Origin: Sphyrna mokarran
Taxonomy: Eukaryota
NCBI GenBank assembly: GCA_024679065.1
Contig: JAGIQG010000004.1
Span: 105,028,001 to 105,092,000 of the forward strand
DNA: 64,000 nt
Reading direction: 5' to 3'
The position numbers and the translations under genes were made by a program. Position 1 is the first letter of the stretch, and each line of letters starts with the position of its first letter. Below the pieces are notes generated by a model that was given only the letters and a program-made list of their open reading frames with translations, made no database searches and was not told where the DNA came from. Shown piece after piece: positions 1-12,420 of the stretch.

Positions 1-60
1 AGAATAACTTCATTGCAGTGTTAATGTGAGAACATTTGTGACACTAATAAATAAACTTTG
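1..60 (+). mobile_element. 3' tail of V-domain SINE (truncated by window edge)
   Basis: TAACTTCATTGCAGTGTTAATGT...TTGTGACACTAATAAATAAACTTT matches the tails of the SINE copies at 19037, 30391 and 61411. Confidence 0.8.
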
Positions 61-2379
61 CGTTACTATCGATCTTGATATTTCCACATGGCCCAGTATT
101 GAGTTTTGTTTGATAATATTCTTGTGAAACTCCTTGAGACATTTTACTGCAAGTCATTGTTGTTGAAATGGGTTTCAATTTTCACTCAGGTTTGTGTACT
201 TTTTCCAATTAGATTATTGAAGTATGAGCAGATCATTCAAATTTCATGTCTATCAACTGAGAATCAGAGTTCAGATTACCTACTTACTTCGTATTGCTAA
301 CATTAGTGTTGCTCTTCTAATTCATTGTTCAATGAAGTATTGAAAGAGTTGTTCTGCTACATGGAAAAGTGCTTGATGTGATAATGTATTGGCAATGAAC
401 TTCATCAAGACAGCAGCAGAACGTTTGCTTAACTCTCAATTGCATTGTAAATATCAGAAGTGAACTTGGCAAAGAATAGATTGTCACTTCAGGTTGGAGG
501 GAAATCATGTTTTGATTTGGAATTGTGGTGAAGTGGGGCAGAAGCGCAGATGAGAAGGTTACTGAGGACGGACGTGGTCCACAGCCAGATGAAATTTATG
601 TTAGCAGTTAGAGCAAGTAACAAGGGAGAAGAAGATTCGAAAACACAACACTGAGTTTTCAGCAAACAAATTAAACATCAACAGCAAACAAAACTTTAAA
701 CATCTGAATGTTGCAGCATAGCAGAAAATTCCACTCACTCAAGTAAAGTGAGAATGACTGCACGGTAACTATTAAAGACAGGAGGCCAGTTAGGCCTCAT
801 GTCAATTGACACAAGATCAACTAATTTAAAGAGGCAAGCACAATTTGGTTATGCAAATGCTGTTACTGTGCGGTGACACAATTGACTGTTGCATCTGCAG
901 CATGCAGCTGTGCTGCTAGCATAACAATTTCAAGTAAGTTATGCACAAAATGCCCTTATCATGAACTCATTACTAGTCATTCACATTTAACAGGTTTCAG
1001 GAAATTGCCAAGCTGCCAAACGTCTTACTTATAAAACTACAAGCAATTAACAAAACTGTGCTCCAGTTGTGACAATTATGATTGCTCTGACTTGCAAAAT
1101 GATCATATCACTGTGATCATAACTCGAATTCAGCAGGTTATTCCTGATCCATTTTTAATAAAATCTTTTCACAATATCAAAATCGCTTGTTACATTTTGT
1201 AATTCATACTAAGGACAATGATATGTTATGTTGAATACCCATAGCAGTTCTGCTATGCCTGATACTTCTGCAGACAATGGAGCCAGTGCTAAACCCATTT
1301 TGTTACAGCAGAGAAGAAATAAATGGTGATCCTTTTATTTTTAAAACTATGGTTAGAAAAAGAGGCACTATGCTACTGTCAGCACATTTAGCTTGAATTA
1401 CAGCAAGTATAATAGGCGGTGAGAGGTGGAGCATTGATTTTTTTTTACTGTGAATTGTGCACTTTTTTTAATTAGTAAAGTACTCTTGGCATACCACTGC
1501 TCGAGGTCCTTATTGCTGTTCCTGCATATGTGTGAAATTCATAAGCGCTAAAATCAACTCAACTATGAATTTCTTTCTGAATGAAGGCAATCACAGAACC
1601 TGATACTGATGAGCCTTCATGGTACAAAAACCCTATTTTCCTAATGCTGCTTAAGTCCGCATCATATTGCTTTATCTCTGACTCTAGGTCAGCACGGCAG
1701 AGAATGTGAGAGTGTTTCTCAGCTGCCTATCACCCAGTTTCTCACTTGGGAAAATGGCCAGCTAGCAAATGAAAACTTCTGAAGGGTATGGGGAGAGTGG
1801 GGGAGTTGGTGACTCGGTGCTGAGAGTGGGGAGCAGGCTAAGGATGCAATTACCTCGGCTGCTGTATTGATACTCAAGGTCTTCTGGTGCACATTTTCAG
1901 ATGGACTCATAACTAGATGGGCAGCCTGACCACTTGTAATAGACTGGAAGCTGTTTAACACAGATTGGAGTTTTACCCCTGGAGTAAGGCAATACTGTCG
2001 TACTCGGCCAAAAATATGTAGAGCATGTGCTGTACACATAATTGCCACATTGAATGCACTAAACAGTAGTCCATAAAGGATTGCTCCACATCACACAAAA
2101 TGGCCCAAAATGCTTCAGTTTGGTCGATCAAGCAGTTTTATTCCCCCTGCCTTCCCACAAAATACACCAGGGGTACTTTGATCCCTTTCCAGTGTTCTTC
2201 CATTTTGGTTTTTTGTTACTTCTCTAGTCAGTCATTGAGAGATCAGTCCCTCTTTATATCTATTTAGGTTCCATTTCTGTGCAGTAATACAAGACTCAAT
2301 CCCATCGAGTATCACACTATAGCATCACAAACTTATGCACATATTTTTAACAGTTAATACTTTTGGGCTTAATTTGTTT

Positions 2380-2575
2380 CAATGATATTAATTGAGGAAT
2401 AAGTAGGATCCCTGTTCTTTCAAAGTGTGCCATTATATCTTTCACATCCACCCAAGCAAGAAAATGCAGTCATAGTACATAACATCTATTCCAAAAAGTA
2501 GCATCTCCAACTTTGCAGCATTTCCTCATTATTGCACTAGAGTGTCAGCCTTGATTTTTGTATTCAAGCCCTGAA
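2380..2575 (-). mobile_element. Degenerate Deu-domain SINE fragment (SacSINE1/AmnSINE-like)
   Basis: TGCAGCATTTCCTCATTATTGCACTAGAGTGTCAGCCTTGATTTT is homologous to 6163-6210. Confidence 0.6.
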
Positions 2576-3960
2576 GACAAAGAATCCTGCAATTCTTGGC
2601 TGTTTACCACTTTGAGGAAAATATTGCTTTTGAAACATTACTTGAACTTGTTATATTTAAATGTCTACAGGAATGAACTAGATGGAGCAGGAATATAGCA
2701 TCAGTTAAATGTTCTTTAATATTTAATTGTCAGGAAAATTGTCTGGATGATGATAATAGCAAGATGAAAGGTTCTTTGGTCTGTAAGGTTAAATGTTGAA
2801 GATGTGTTAAAGAGCCTCTGTATTAAGCTTTAGGCAGGTTTACACTGTAAAATTATTCTTTGTCTCAAGAGATTTAAACAAAGAGCCAACGGAGTAATGA
2901 AAGCAACACAATCTTTCAATGATATCAACAGATCATTCCGGTGTCAGCCTGTTTTCTGGTACAATTTCATGTGAACATACATGGGACTGGATTGTCTTCT
3001 GTATTTGTGCTCAGAAGGATAAATGACCTAGGCAGAGACAGATCATCCAGTTTAAAACATTGTGTCATTTTAGCACAAGTGTGCAATGTGCAATATACTA
3101 CAAACAGGATATAGAGATATTTTTCTCATCTTCTAAATGCAATGTTGTTGTTTACCTTCTAAAATTTACCCTCTCTGAAATCTGCTCTATATTTCCTGAG
3201 TGGATTTTTCGCAGTGTAAGTATGAGTCAAGTTAAAACTCAGAAAGTATCCCTGATGGCGATATCTTAAACATTTGTGCATCGCGTGCATGAGTGACTGT
3301 GAAATGAGTTGAAACATTATTTTTAAACCTCAGAAGAATAAATATATTGATGTAAGATTGGAGTTTCCTTGGATCTTAATTGTTTTCACAATTTACACTC
3401 TGCATTTGCAGAGAATTCTGTGTAGAATTCACAATCCTATTTATGTGAATAAGATTGACATTTTTTGATATTTATAAAAATGATGCATTGCTTCAGAAGA
3501 AATTCCAGGCCATTGTTCTCACGTAGTTATGCAGGTAACCATTATTGTCCTGTAAATGTTATCTAATTCAGCGTTCATAATTTCCAGAGTATGGTTCAAA
3601 TTGGAATAGAACATTTTCAGGATCTATTCTCTACGATTGATGAATTTCATCTATATTTTTTGCACCATAAACTTTTTAGATACTAATTAGTAGAATAAAG
3701 TATAGCTTAGTTCATCCAACACATCCTTATACTGATTTATGGAAACAATTAAATGAAAATGTTAAATCCAATTCTTTATCAAACTCCAGCTTTCAGAAAG
3801 TAATATTAATGGACTTGGAATTTTAAGTAACAATGGTCAGAGTATCCATTTGTCTAAGAAGTGAGAAATGTATACCACTGCTTTTTATTGCATGTCAGCA
3901 ATTGGCACAAAACAAGCACATTTCAAATAAATTTCATTTGGGATGCGATTAATGGTTCAA

Positions 3961-3995
3961 TGCTGCCCTCTACAGGAACATACTGCACATTACAG
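3961..3995 (-). promoter_or_regulatory. Candidate CTCF site with upstream module
   Basis: Minus strand reads CTGTAAT-N12-CCTGTAGAGGGCAGCA; the core is one mismatch from CCASYAGRKGGCRS. Confidence 0.5.
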
Positions 3996-4179
3996 AATTT
4001 TCCTTTTTTAAAACAAACTAACCCATAGCTTATATACCCGGACTGTGAACACGAGTTCGCAGCACTGCAGTGCCCATTTTATGTTTCAGTAGATCTGAAA
4101 TTGAAATTCTGCATGAGCTCAGTCCTTCGGGTCATGCAGAAGGATAAATATGGCAAATTTTGGGAATCTCGCATTGCAA

Positions 4180-5543
4180 GAGATATTGTGAGCCCAGCCA
4201 AAGAGAAAAAGGATGCACTTGTCAAGGCTAGGGGGCTGGGAACACACGAAGCAAATGTGAACTACAAGGAAGAAACTTAAGCAAGGAATAAGGAGGGCTA
4301 AAAGGGGGGGTCACAAAAAAGCATTGGCCAACAGGATTAAAGAAAATCCCAAGGCTTTTTATATATTTATAACAAGCATGAGGGTAGCCAGGGAGAAGGT
4401 TGACCCACTCAAGGATAAGAGGGGAATCTATGCATGGAACCAGAGAATATGGGTGAGATACTAAATGACTACTTTGCGCTAGTATTTACCAAAGAGAAGG
4501 ACTTGATGGATGATGAGTCTGGGTAAGGGTGTGTAGATAGTTTGAGTCAAGTTGAGATCAAAAAGGAGAAGGTATTGGGGTTCTTGAGAAAGATTAAGGT
4601 AGATAAGTCCCCTTGGCCTGATGTGATATACCCTGAAGTACTGATAGAGACAAGGGAGGAAATTGCTGGAGCCTTGAGAGAAATCTTTGTATCCTCACTA
4701 GCCACAGGGAGGTCCCAGAGGATTGGAGAATAGCCAATATGGTTCTTTTGTTCAAGAAGAGTAGAAAGAATAATCCAGTTAACTGTAGCCGGTAGTCTTA
4801 CATCAGTGGTAGGGAAATTATTGGAGAGGATTCTTCAAGACAGAATTTATTCTCACTTGGAAATAAGTGGACGTATTAGAGAGAGGCAACATGTTTTGTG
4901 AAGAAGAGGCTGTGTTTACTAACTTGATTGAGTTTTTCGAGGAAGTAATGAAGATGATTGATGACGGTAGGGGTGTGCATATTGTCTACATGGACTTCAG
5001 TAAGGTCTTTGACAAGGTCCCTCATGGCAGACAGGTGCAGAAAGTGAAGTCACATGGGAGATTTGGAGATTTACCAGGATGTTGCCTGGTATGAAGGGCA
5101 TTTGCTATGGGGAAAGATTGGAGAAACTTGGTTTGTTCTCACTGGAATGACAGAGGTTCAAGGTTGACTTGACAGAAGTCTACAAGATTGTGAGAAGCAT
5201 AGATAGAGTGGAAAGTCAGAAGCTTTTTCCCAAGATGGAAAAATCAATTATGGAGGGGGCATAGGTTTGAGGTGTGAGGGTCAATGTTTAAAGGAGATGT
5301 ATGACACAGATTTTATACACAGAGAGTGGTGAGTGCCCGGAACTCATTGCTGGGGGAGGTAGTGAAAGCAGATACAGTAGTGACTTCTAAAGGGCGTCTT
5401 GACAAATACATGAATAAGATGAAAATAGAGGGACATGGTCCCTAGAAGGGTAAGGGGTTTTAGCTAAGTCGGGCAGAATGGTTGGTACAGGCTTGGAGGG
5501 CCAAAGGGCCTGTTCCTGTGCTGTAATTTGCGTTTGTTTTTTG
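4180..5543 (+). mobile_element. Decayed CR1 LINE ORF2 (RT) with internal deletion and 3' UTR
   Basis: ORF pieces KVDKSPWPD and VYMDFSKVFDKVPHGR; jumps near 5060 to the RFTRMLPG C-terminus; tail GGGCCAAAGGGCCTGTTCCTGTGCTGTA. Confidence 0.9.
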
Positions 5544-5804
5544 CTCAATCATCAAGCTCTTTCTCATCCAATATCTTCGCACTTACTGAAGGAGATTTGT
5601 CATTGCCAGACATAATGCATTCCCTTCTTTGGGGACAGTCTGTAACATAAAGCAGAAGAACTTTAAATTCCAGGTGTCAATAGAAGCCTAGAGTTTTGTA
5701 CAGAACCAGATATCTCTATGCCTTTTAACTATCAATCATCTGAATCTGACCTCCTACCGCATCAGATTTTGAGTAGCCCACAAAGGAAGATAAATGGGGA
5801 AGAA

Positions 5805-6291
5805 AACAGCAACAAGAGGTCACATCTTATACAGCAGCTTTCATGATCACCAAACACCCAAAACGGTTTGCAGGTACTTTTGAAATGAGGTGGATTATAG
5901 CAAATGACGTACTTTTGAAATGTATTGTATTGCAGCAAACACGGCAGCTAATTTGCACACAGCAAACTCCCACAAACACTGATATGATAATGATCAGATA
6001 ATTATTTTACTGTGAAGTTGATTGAGTGTTAAATATTGGCCAGGACACTGGGTATAATTCCCTGCTTTTCTTCAGTGGAATGCTTAGAAGCTTTTTCATC
6101 TACTTGGGAGGGCAGATGGGGCGTAGGGCTACTGCCTCAGCCAGAGCACAGCTTTGCCAGCAATGCAGCACCCCCTCTGTACTACACTGGAGAATCAACC
6201 TCGATTTTATGATCAAGTCGTGGAGTGGGATTTGAATCCACAGTCATCATTCTCAGAAGCAAAAGTGTCAGCAAATGAATCACAGCCTGAC
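5805..6291 (-). mobile_element. Near full-length Deu-domain SINE (SacSINE1-like)
   Basis: tRNA-like head (B-box-like GGATTCAAATCCC on minus strand near 6226-6239), Deu domain (GCAGCACCCCCTCTGTACTACACTGGAG), L2-like tail ending in (TTG)n. Confidence 0.7.
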
Positions 6292-7307
6292 TGCACCCAG
6301 GCTGCAATTTAAATTTAAAGCCCAAAGCCAATGTGCAACAATCAATATATATCACGCTGTTATCTCTTTTTATTGTCAAACACGGGGCAAAGTGTGACAG
6401 ACAAAGATATAACGTAGAAAAGTTCACAAGCAACACAAGAGAGATGGCTTGTTTGGAAAATAAGAAAAAAATGGTGTAATAAGGGGACAGATGTGTTCTA
6501 GAAGATTGAATGAGCTATACATCATAAAAATGATGCTTCAATTTTGTTTCAGATGCCAACACTCGGGAATATAGTCTCAGTTTCTGCCCTTAGAACATTT
6601 AAATGCATTAAAAATTGTGGTGTATGAAAGGAAACATACTGAGGGTAAATGAGTGTTAAATTTGAGGTTAAAGATGATTTGTGGCAGGGCTACATACCAT
6701 TGAATTCAAAATCATTTTGTCAAACCTAGTTTGATCAATATCTGTTACAAATTTTCAATAAGATTCTAGCATGAGTTGCAAGAGTAACATTCTTAACATA
6801 TAAATTGCCCACTCAGTGGTAATTGTACCCCATTTGTACTACCTGCACTGTCCTTATCTATAAGTCATTTTTGTACAATTATTACTGCTGATAACTAAAA
6901 TTGCAAAAAAGAACTTCCCAAACTTTATTGCTTACCCAAGATAAATTTTGTCAATAAATATAAAAATTTAGAAATGAAGAAATAAGGTTTTCATGATTAA
7001 TATTAATGTACAGAAAAGGGTAGGTATCACTATCAGTGATGTTGCCCCTGAATACCAAATGCATCACCATGTCTCAGAAGCGTTACTCTTGTTATACATA
7101 AATAGCTTGGTTCTACGTGGTAGCGAGAGGAATTCACCAAAACTACCAAATCTGATGCCAGTCACATATACCTAAAGTGTTATTTTACGACTGATCTTAT
7201 CAAGGTAAGTAGATTTGCGCCAAATAATGGCACAGATGTTAGAAGTGTCCCCGACAATAAGAACTTATTGTCATTTTCATCATCAGTTTCTTGAAATGAG
7301 GATGACC

Positions 7308-8312
7308 TTTTTCTAATTTATTCATAGCCAGCATTAATTAACCATACAAAGTTGCCCTTGAGAAGATGGCAGCGAGCGAATTTTTTGAATTGTTGCAGTC
7401 CAAGTACTGCAGGTATACTCACAGATCTCAGGAAGTTCCAGAACTTTGACCCAGCAACAGCAAAGGAACAACAATATATTTTTAAGTCAAGATGGTGAGA
7501 AGCTTGAAGGGGTGTTCTCATATGTTTACTGCCCTTGTCTTTCCAGATGGTAGCGTGGTTTCGAAGGTGCTGTCTAAGAAGCCTTGGTGAGTTCCTGCAA
7601 TGCTTCTTGTAGATGGCACACACCACTGTTTTTGTTTTATTCATTTGGGGCGTTGCTGGTTGGCCAGCATTTATTGCTCTTTAGCTGCCCGAGGGCAGTT
7701 GAAAGACAATCACATTGCTATGTCTATGGAGTCACATGTAGGCTAGACCAGATAAAGATGGCAGATTTCCTTCCCTAAAAGAACATAAGTGAACCCAGAT
7801 GGGTTTTTCTGACCATCGACAATGGTCAGTAGATTTCAGATAATTTTTTATTCAATTCAAATTCCACCATCCAGAACATTAGCTGAGTTTCTGGATTAGT
7901 AGTCTAGTGATAATACCATTAGGCCATCACCTCCCCTGCTAGTGTTCATTGATGGTGAAGGGAGTAAAATTTGTGGCAGGGATGACAATCAAGTGGACTG
8001 CTTTGTCCTGGATGGTGTCAAACTTCTTGAGTGCTTTAGAGCTGCACTTAACCAGGCGAGTATTCCATCACATTCCTCACTTGTGTCTTGTAGATTATGG
8101 ACAGGATTTGGAGAGTCAGGAGGTGAGTTACTTGCCATAAAATGTCTAAAATTCGATCTGCTCTTATAACCACACTGTTTATACGGTTAGTCCAGTTCAT
8201 TTTCTGGTCAATGGTAAGCCCCAGGACATTGATTCAGTGATAATAATATCATTGATTGTTAAAGGCCAATGGTTGGATTCTCTTTTGTTTGAGATGGTCA
8301 TTGACTGGCACC
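7308..8312 (-). mobile_element. 3' fragment of CR1-clade LINE 'family B', interrupted by a SINE
   Basis: Minus-strand tail CATCTTCTCAAGGGCAAC is shared with 29460-29530 and 63160-63240; internal sequence is homologous to 62560-63180. Confidence 0.75.
7630..7935 (-). mobile_element. tRNA-headed SINE sharing head and tail with LINE family B
   Basis: Head GGGAGGTGATGGCCTAATGGTATTATCACTAGACTA, body AAAAACCCATCTGGGTTCACTTATG, tail AATAAATGCTGGCCAACCAGCAACGCCC; homologous to 27176-27450 and 38345-38735. Confidence 0.8.
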
Positions 8313-9055
8313 AAGCTTCATGATTTGTGTGCACTCACAGGACACAACAGATCAAACTCCTAAAGTCACAGATCTTTGGGCAGAAGCAACATGAATTATC
8401 CTGGGAAATGTTGTGGAGTAGAGGCAGGGAGTTGCGGAAGGAAGGGGGTGGGTGCAGTGTAGTAGGGCAGAATCCAGTATTGGGGCAAATGCAGGGTGTG
8501 CATGTAACAGCAAGGAAAGGAATATCTAAGAAAGGGTTAAAACCCAGGGTCTATTGTAACTGCAGGTAAACACACCCAGTTAACATCTCAGACTGTCAAC
8601 ACAGTTACTTTACAGATGAAACCATTTCAAGGCCTTGACGAACAATGCAAGTTTGATACTGATTAGCAAAGCTGCACTGAGTCAAGAGAAGGCATTGTTT
8701 CTAGAAATTGGGGAGATGAGAGAGTTATCACACCATCAAAACCTATTGATCACATATATCTCTTTTATATCACAAAATAGATAGACAAGGATAGCCGAAC
8801 GCAACTGATTAATGTGAAGTATCCAGGTCAATAGATCCACCTAATGTAATCAACTATAATCTATTCAAACTATTGGTATCAATGATACCTTTATTACAAT
8901 ACTCTGGAATGCAGAGAACAGTACAAGCAGTGAGTATAGTCTTTGTATCTTCAGAATCTGCTTAGATACAGACTGGACTTCACTAGATCTGGGCTGATTC
9001 TCCATCATGCATGTGGAAATAAAACTGTTTAACTGAAGCCTGACGTGGACTCAAA

Positions 9056-10120
9056 GGGCTCAATTTTACCATTGCGTTGTGCCCTGTTTTTGGGCATGAA
9101 AACTTGTCAACGTGAGGCAAATAGTGTGATCCACACCCACATCCACACAGATTCCACTTTACCAAGGCCCGAAAATGGCCACAATCGAAAACATGCCCAA
9201 AATGGGTGCAGCATCAATTTGAATGTACTTACATGCATTTAAATTGATTTAATGACTTGGACACCCAATCTTACCTGCATTTCCTCCTTTACTATTGAGT
9301 TCACCCATCCAGATGTGGTGCAAAACAAACATGCTCGACAAAGGTCTGTTTCAAGCGCTCCAGCTTCTGAAGAGGTAAGTTCAGAGCTTCTAATGGCGCT
9401 CTGACTCAGGTTGATGGCAGGGGAAGGGGTGGGGGAGCAAGGTGGGTCAGATTTATCTCTGATGCAGGGGAGGAGGGAGGCCTGATCATTCTCAGGTGGT
9501 GAGGGGAGGAGGGGGGGGCCAGATCGCTATCCGGTAGGGGAGAGGGAGGATTGGGAGGAGGGACAAGGGAGGCCCGATTATTCTCTGGTGGGGGAGGGAG
9601 GGAAGTCAAATGGATCTCTGATAGGGGGGAAGGTGGGCCAGATCATTCTCTGGTGGGGGGAGGAGGAGGGCCAGGTGGAGTCTGTTCAAGGATGGAGGGG
9701 GCAGGGGGAGGGGGCAGGCGAGGGGCAGGGACAGGAGGGTTGTGGATGATCAGTGGGGAGAAGGGACCAGGGGATCACGATCGATCTTAGTAGTTGGGTG
9801 GGGGGGGGTGCGTTGGTGGACAGTTATGTTGTGGAGTTGGGGAGATGTCTGTGAGTACCATTGCTCCTGGGCTGCTTTCCCTACTTCTTGCGACCTGGGA
9901 GCATTGTGACAGGGGCATCTTTTTCAATATTTTTTCAATGCACATGCGCAGTTTAAAGCTCCGATCAGAGCAGCAGCGTTTCAGATGCAATAAGCCCCAC
10001 CCACAATGAATTCAGACTCGTGAATGAGTGTATATGGGGGCGCCTGAGAACAGGTTTACAAATTGGATCTGAATTGCCTCCAGATGCAGCACTTAGAATC
10101 AAGATGGTAAAATCGCCCCC
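9056..10120. mobile_element. Non-autonomous DNA transposon (PIF/Harbinger-type MITE), copy 1
   Basis: TIRs GGGCTCAATTTTACCAT / ATGGTAAAATCGCCCCC, AAA on both flanks (3-bp TSD), G-rich internal repeats; homologous to 51670 and 58537. Confidence 0.85.
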
Positions 10121-10209
10121 AAAGACTCCTCATTTATTCCCACTAACAGGGAATCTTCTCCATTTCTATCTATTTTCACTGCTTCTCCACATTAGAGTTT
10201 ATGAGTTCT

Positions 10210-10362
10210 GTTTCTGATCGTGTTGCAGCTTGTTGGATGAGGGACCCTCAAATGGCACAGTTAGCCGCAAGTTCCTCATGTGCATCAAAGTCAATTTGTT
10301 CCTTTTTCAGAGAGGCTTTTGGGGCATCCTGAAAATGTTTTCTCTGTCCTCCTTGAGACCCA
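10210..10362 (-). mobile_element. RTE-clade LINE ORF C-terminal fragment
   Basis: Minus-strand translation SQGGQRKHFQDAPKASLKKEQIDFDAHEELAANCAI resembles the RTE motif GGQxKRxKDxLK...WExLA. Confidence 0.65.
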
Positions 10363-10470
10363 GTGGCATTTTTAAAATATAACTAACACAGGACTGTGAC
10401 CTCACCTGTTCAACTTGGAGACTGCGCAAGCTTGATTTCCATCACCTCAAAGTTAAGCACCCTCACCTAA

Positions 10471-11242
10471 ATAAGTTAAGCTTTTTCCTAGGATGGACTC
10501 AAATAGCACAAAGAGTCACAGACTTAGGGTGAGGAGGATAAGGTATAATTTGGATGCTAGAGGGAGTATTTTCACACAGAGGGTGGTGGGGATATGGAAT
10601 GTGCTGCCAAGTAAAGTGGTGGAGGCAGGCACTCTGGAGTTATTTAAGAAATACTCAGATGGGCACATGAACAGAATGGGAATGGAGCGGTATAGAAAAC
10701 TGATTTAAAATAGGGATCATGAGCCTTGGAAGTCCCTGGGAAGTGTGTAAATAGATGATGATATTGATGTACTTGTTTTTATCCTACAGGTGCTTTGGTC
10801 CACCTTGTTGTCTAACCAGGCGCATACATGTGATGGGTCATGAGAGGGCTGCTCTTGGATCTTTTTCAAGAGTGTCCTAGTGCTTCACGTCGTTAGTGTA
10901 CGCTTGACCTGGACCATTTGATGGGCAACACGACAGCTCAGTGACTATCGCTATGCTGTGCAGATACATGGATTTGGGCCTGTGTCTGTGGGAGTTTGCG
11001 CATTCTCCCCGTGCTTGCGTGGGTTTTCTCCGGGTGCTCCGGTTTCCTCCCACATCCCAAAGATGTGCTCTTAGGCTAATTGGCAAAACAAATTCTCCCT
11101 AAATTGTCTCAAATTTGGTTTTTAATCCATAGATCTATAAACATGGACAGGGATCACAGGTAGAGATGGGAACATCGGGGTGGCGGCGCGGGCTCGTTGG
11201 GCAGAAGGGCCTGTTTCCCGTGCTGTTTTGTTCTTTGTTCTT
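10471..11242 (+). mobile_element. 5'-truncated CR1 LINE with composite 3' UTR (spacer + V-SINE + CR1 tail), copy 1
   Basis: ORF2 end 10493-10708 (FTQRVVGIWN), spacer, SINE head remnant from 10923, V domain about 10983-11085, CR1 tail; TSD CTAA at 10467-10470 and 11243-11246. Confidence 0.85.
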
Positions 11243-11249
11243 CTAACCC

Positions 11250-11402
11250 TGTCTATTTCCCCTTCTCCTTTAAACCTATCTCATTGGTGATGAAACCTCT
11301 TTTAATGTCTCTTTGTATGGCTAAATGTTAAGCTTTGGCTGAGAAGCACCTTGGCACACTTTTCTACATGAGGGACACTGTATCAACGCAACTTGTTATT
11401 GA
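11250..11402 (+). mobile_element. Old L2-type 3' end fragment
   Basis: CTGAGAAGCACCTTGGCACACTTTTCTACATGAGGGACACTGTATCAACGCAACTTGTTATTG resembles the L2 3' terminus. Confidence 0.5.
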
Positions 11403-12235
11403 GATCTCTCTCAATATTTGCCTATAATATGTAACCCATCTCTCTTTATTTTCTCATTCAGCAATTTTACATCAACATCCAGCAGTCTCCTACAGGACTA
11501 TAATTCAAGAGATCCCTTTGACCATGGTTCAACTGGTGAGAGTACTGCACACTTTTTGGGATCCAGCCATCCAGATCAGGAAATTTCTAGCTGGTGATGA
11601 GAATACTTAATTCGGCAGCTGGAGCATAATAATAAGTCTCAATGCCCTGTTCCATCAGAAGCCATAAGTTGGACATTTAAAACAGTCAAGCCACAAAACA
11701 GATTTAAGGGGAAAGTTAGTATTGACATGTCAGGGAGCACAGAGTGACTGCATTTCACTGTATGAAATAAAAAAAGCAGACAAAGACAATAGATTGAATG
11801 ACAGGTTTGGGTTAATTAGGAGCTTAACCTGTTTCCTGCCTACAGCCCTCTTCCAACCCATGCATTTCTAGATTTGACTTAGAAGGGAAGTTGGACATGT
11901 CACTCCAAGAAGGTGGGTTGCAATTTTAAATGTGACCATAAAGACTGTGAGGCTTATTGATCTGTAGATTTTTAAATTAACGTGGCAGCTTGCTTAGGAT
12001 GAGGATTTTGCAGATTCAGGACTTAAATGCCCTGACATCTATCTCCTGGATCCAAGTGCCCGTCTAAGATGCTGCCATGATTGGCTTCCACTCCCAGCCC
12101 ACCCCTCCCATCTTCAATCACTCTCTCTACAACCCCACCACAACCACCCACTGCTGACTCTAACAACTCCTTTCCTCCCTCAAATGGCATGAACCCTCAC
12201 TCACCACCAGCAGAATGCAAAACTTCCACCTTCAT

Positions 12236-12420
12236 CAAACCCCAATTCAACCCCCACCTTCACCAGACTCTAATTCAACCCTCACCATCACCAAGCTGCA
12301 ATTCAACCCTACCCTTGCCAGGCCCCCAATTTATCCCATCATCATCAGGCCCCATTTCTACCCCAACATCATCAGGCCCCAATTTTATGTCCAGCATCAC
12401 CAGACTCAAATTATCATTCC
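12236..12420. repeat. Degenerate 27-28 bp minisatellite (about 7 units) in a C-rich tract
   Basis: Units such as CAAACCCCAATTCAACCCCCACCTTCAC, CAGACTCTAATTCAACCCTCACCATCAC, CAGGCCCCATTTCTACCCCAACATCAT. Confidence 0.75.
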
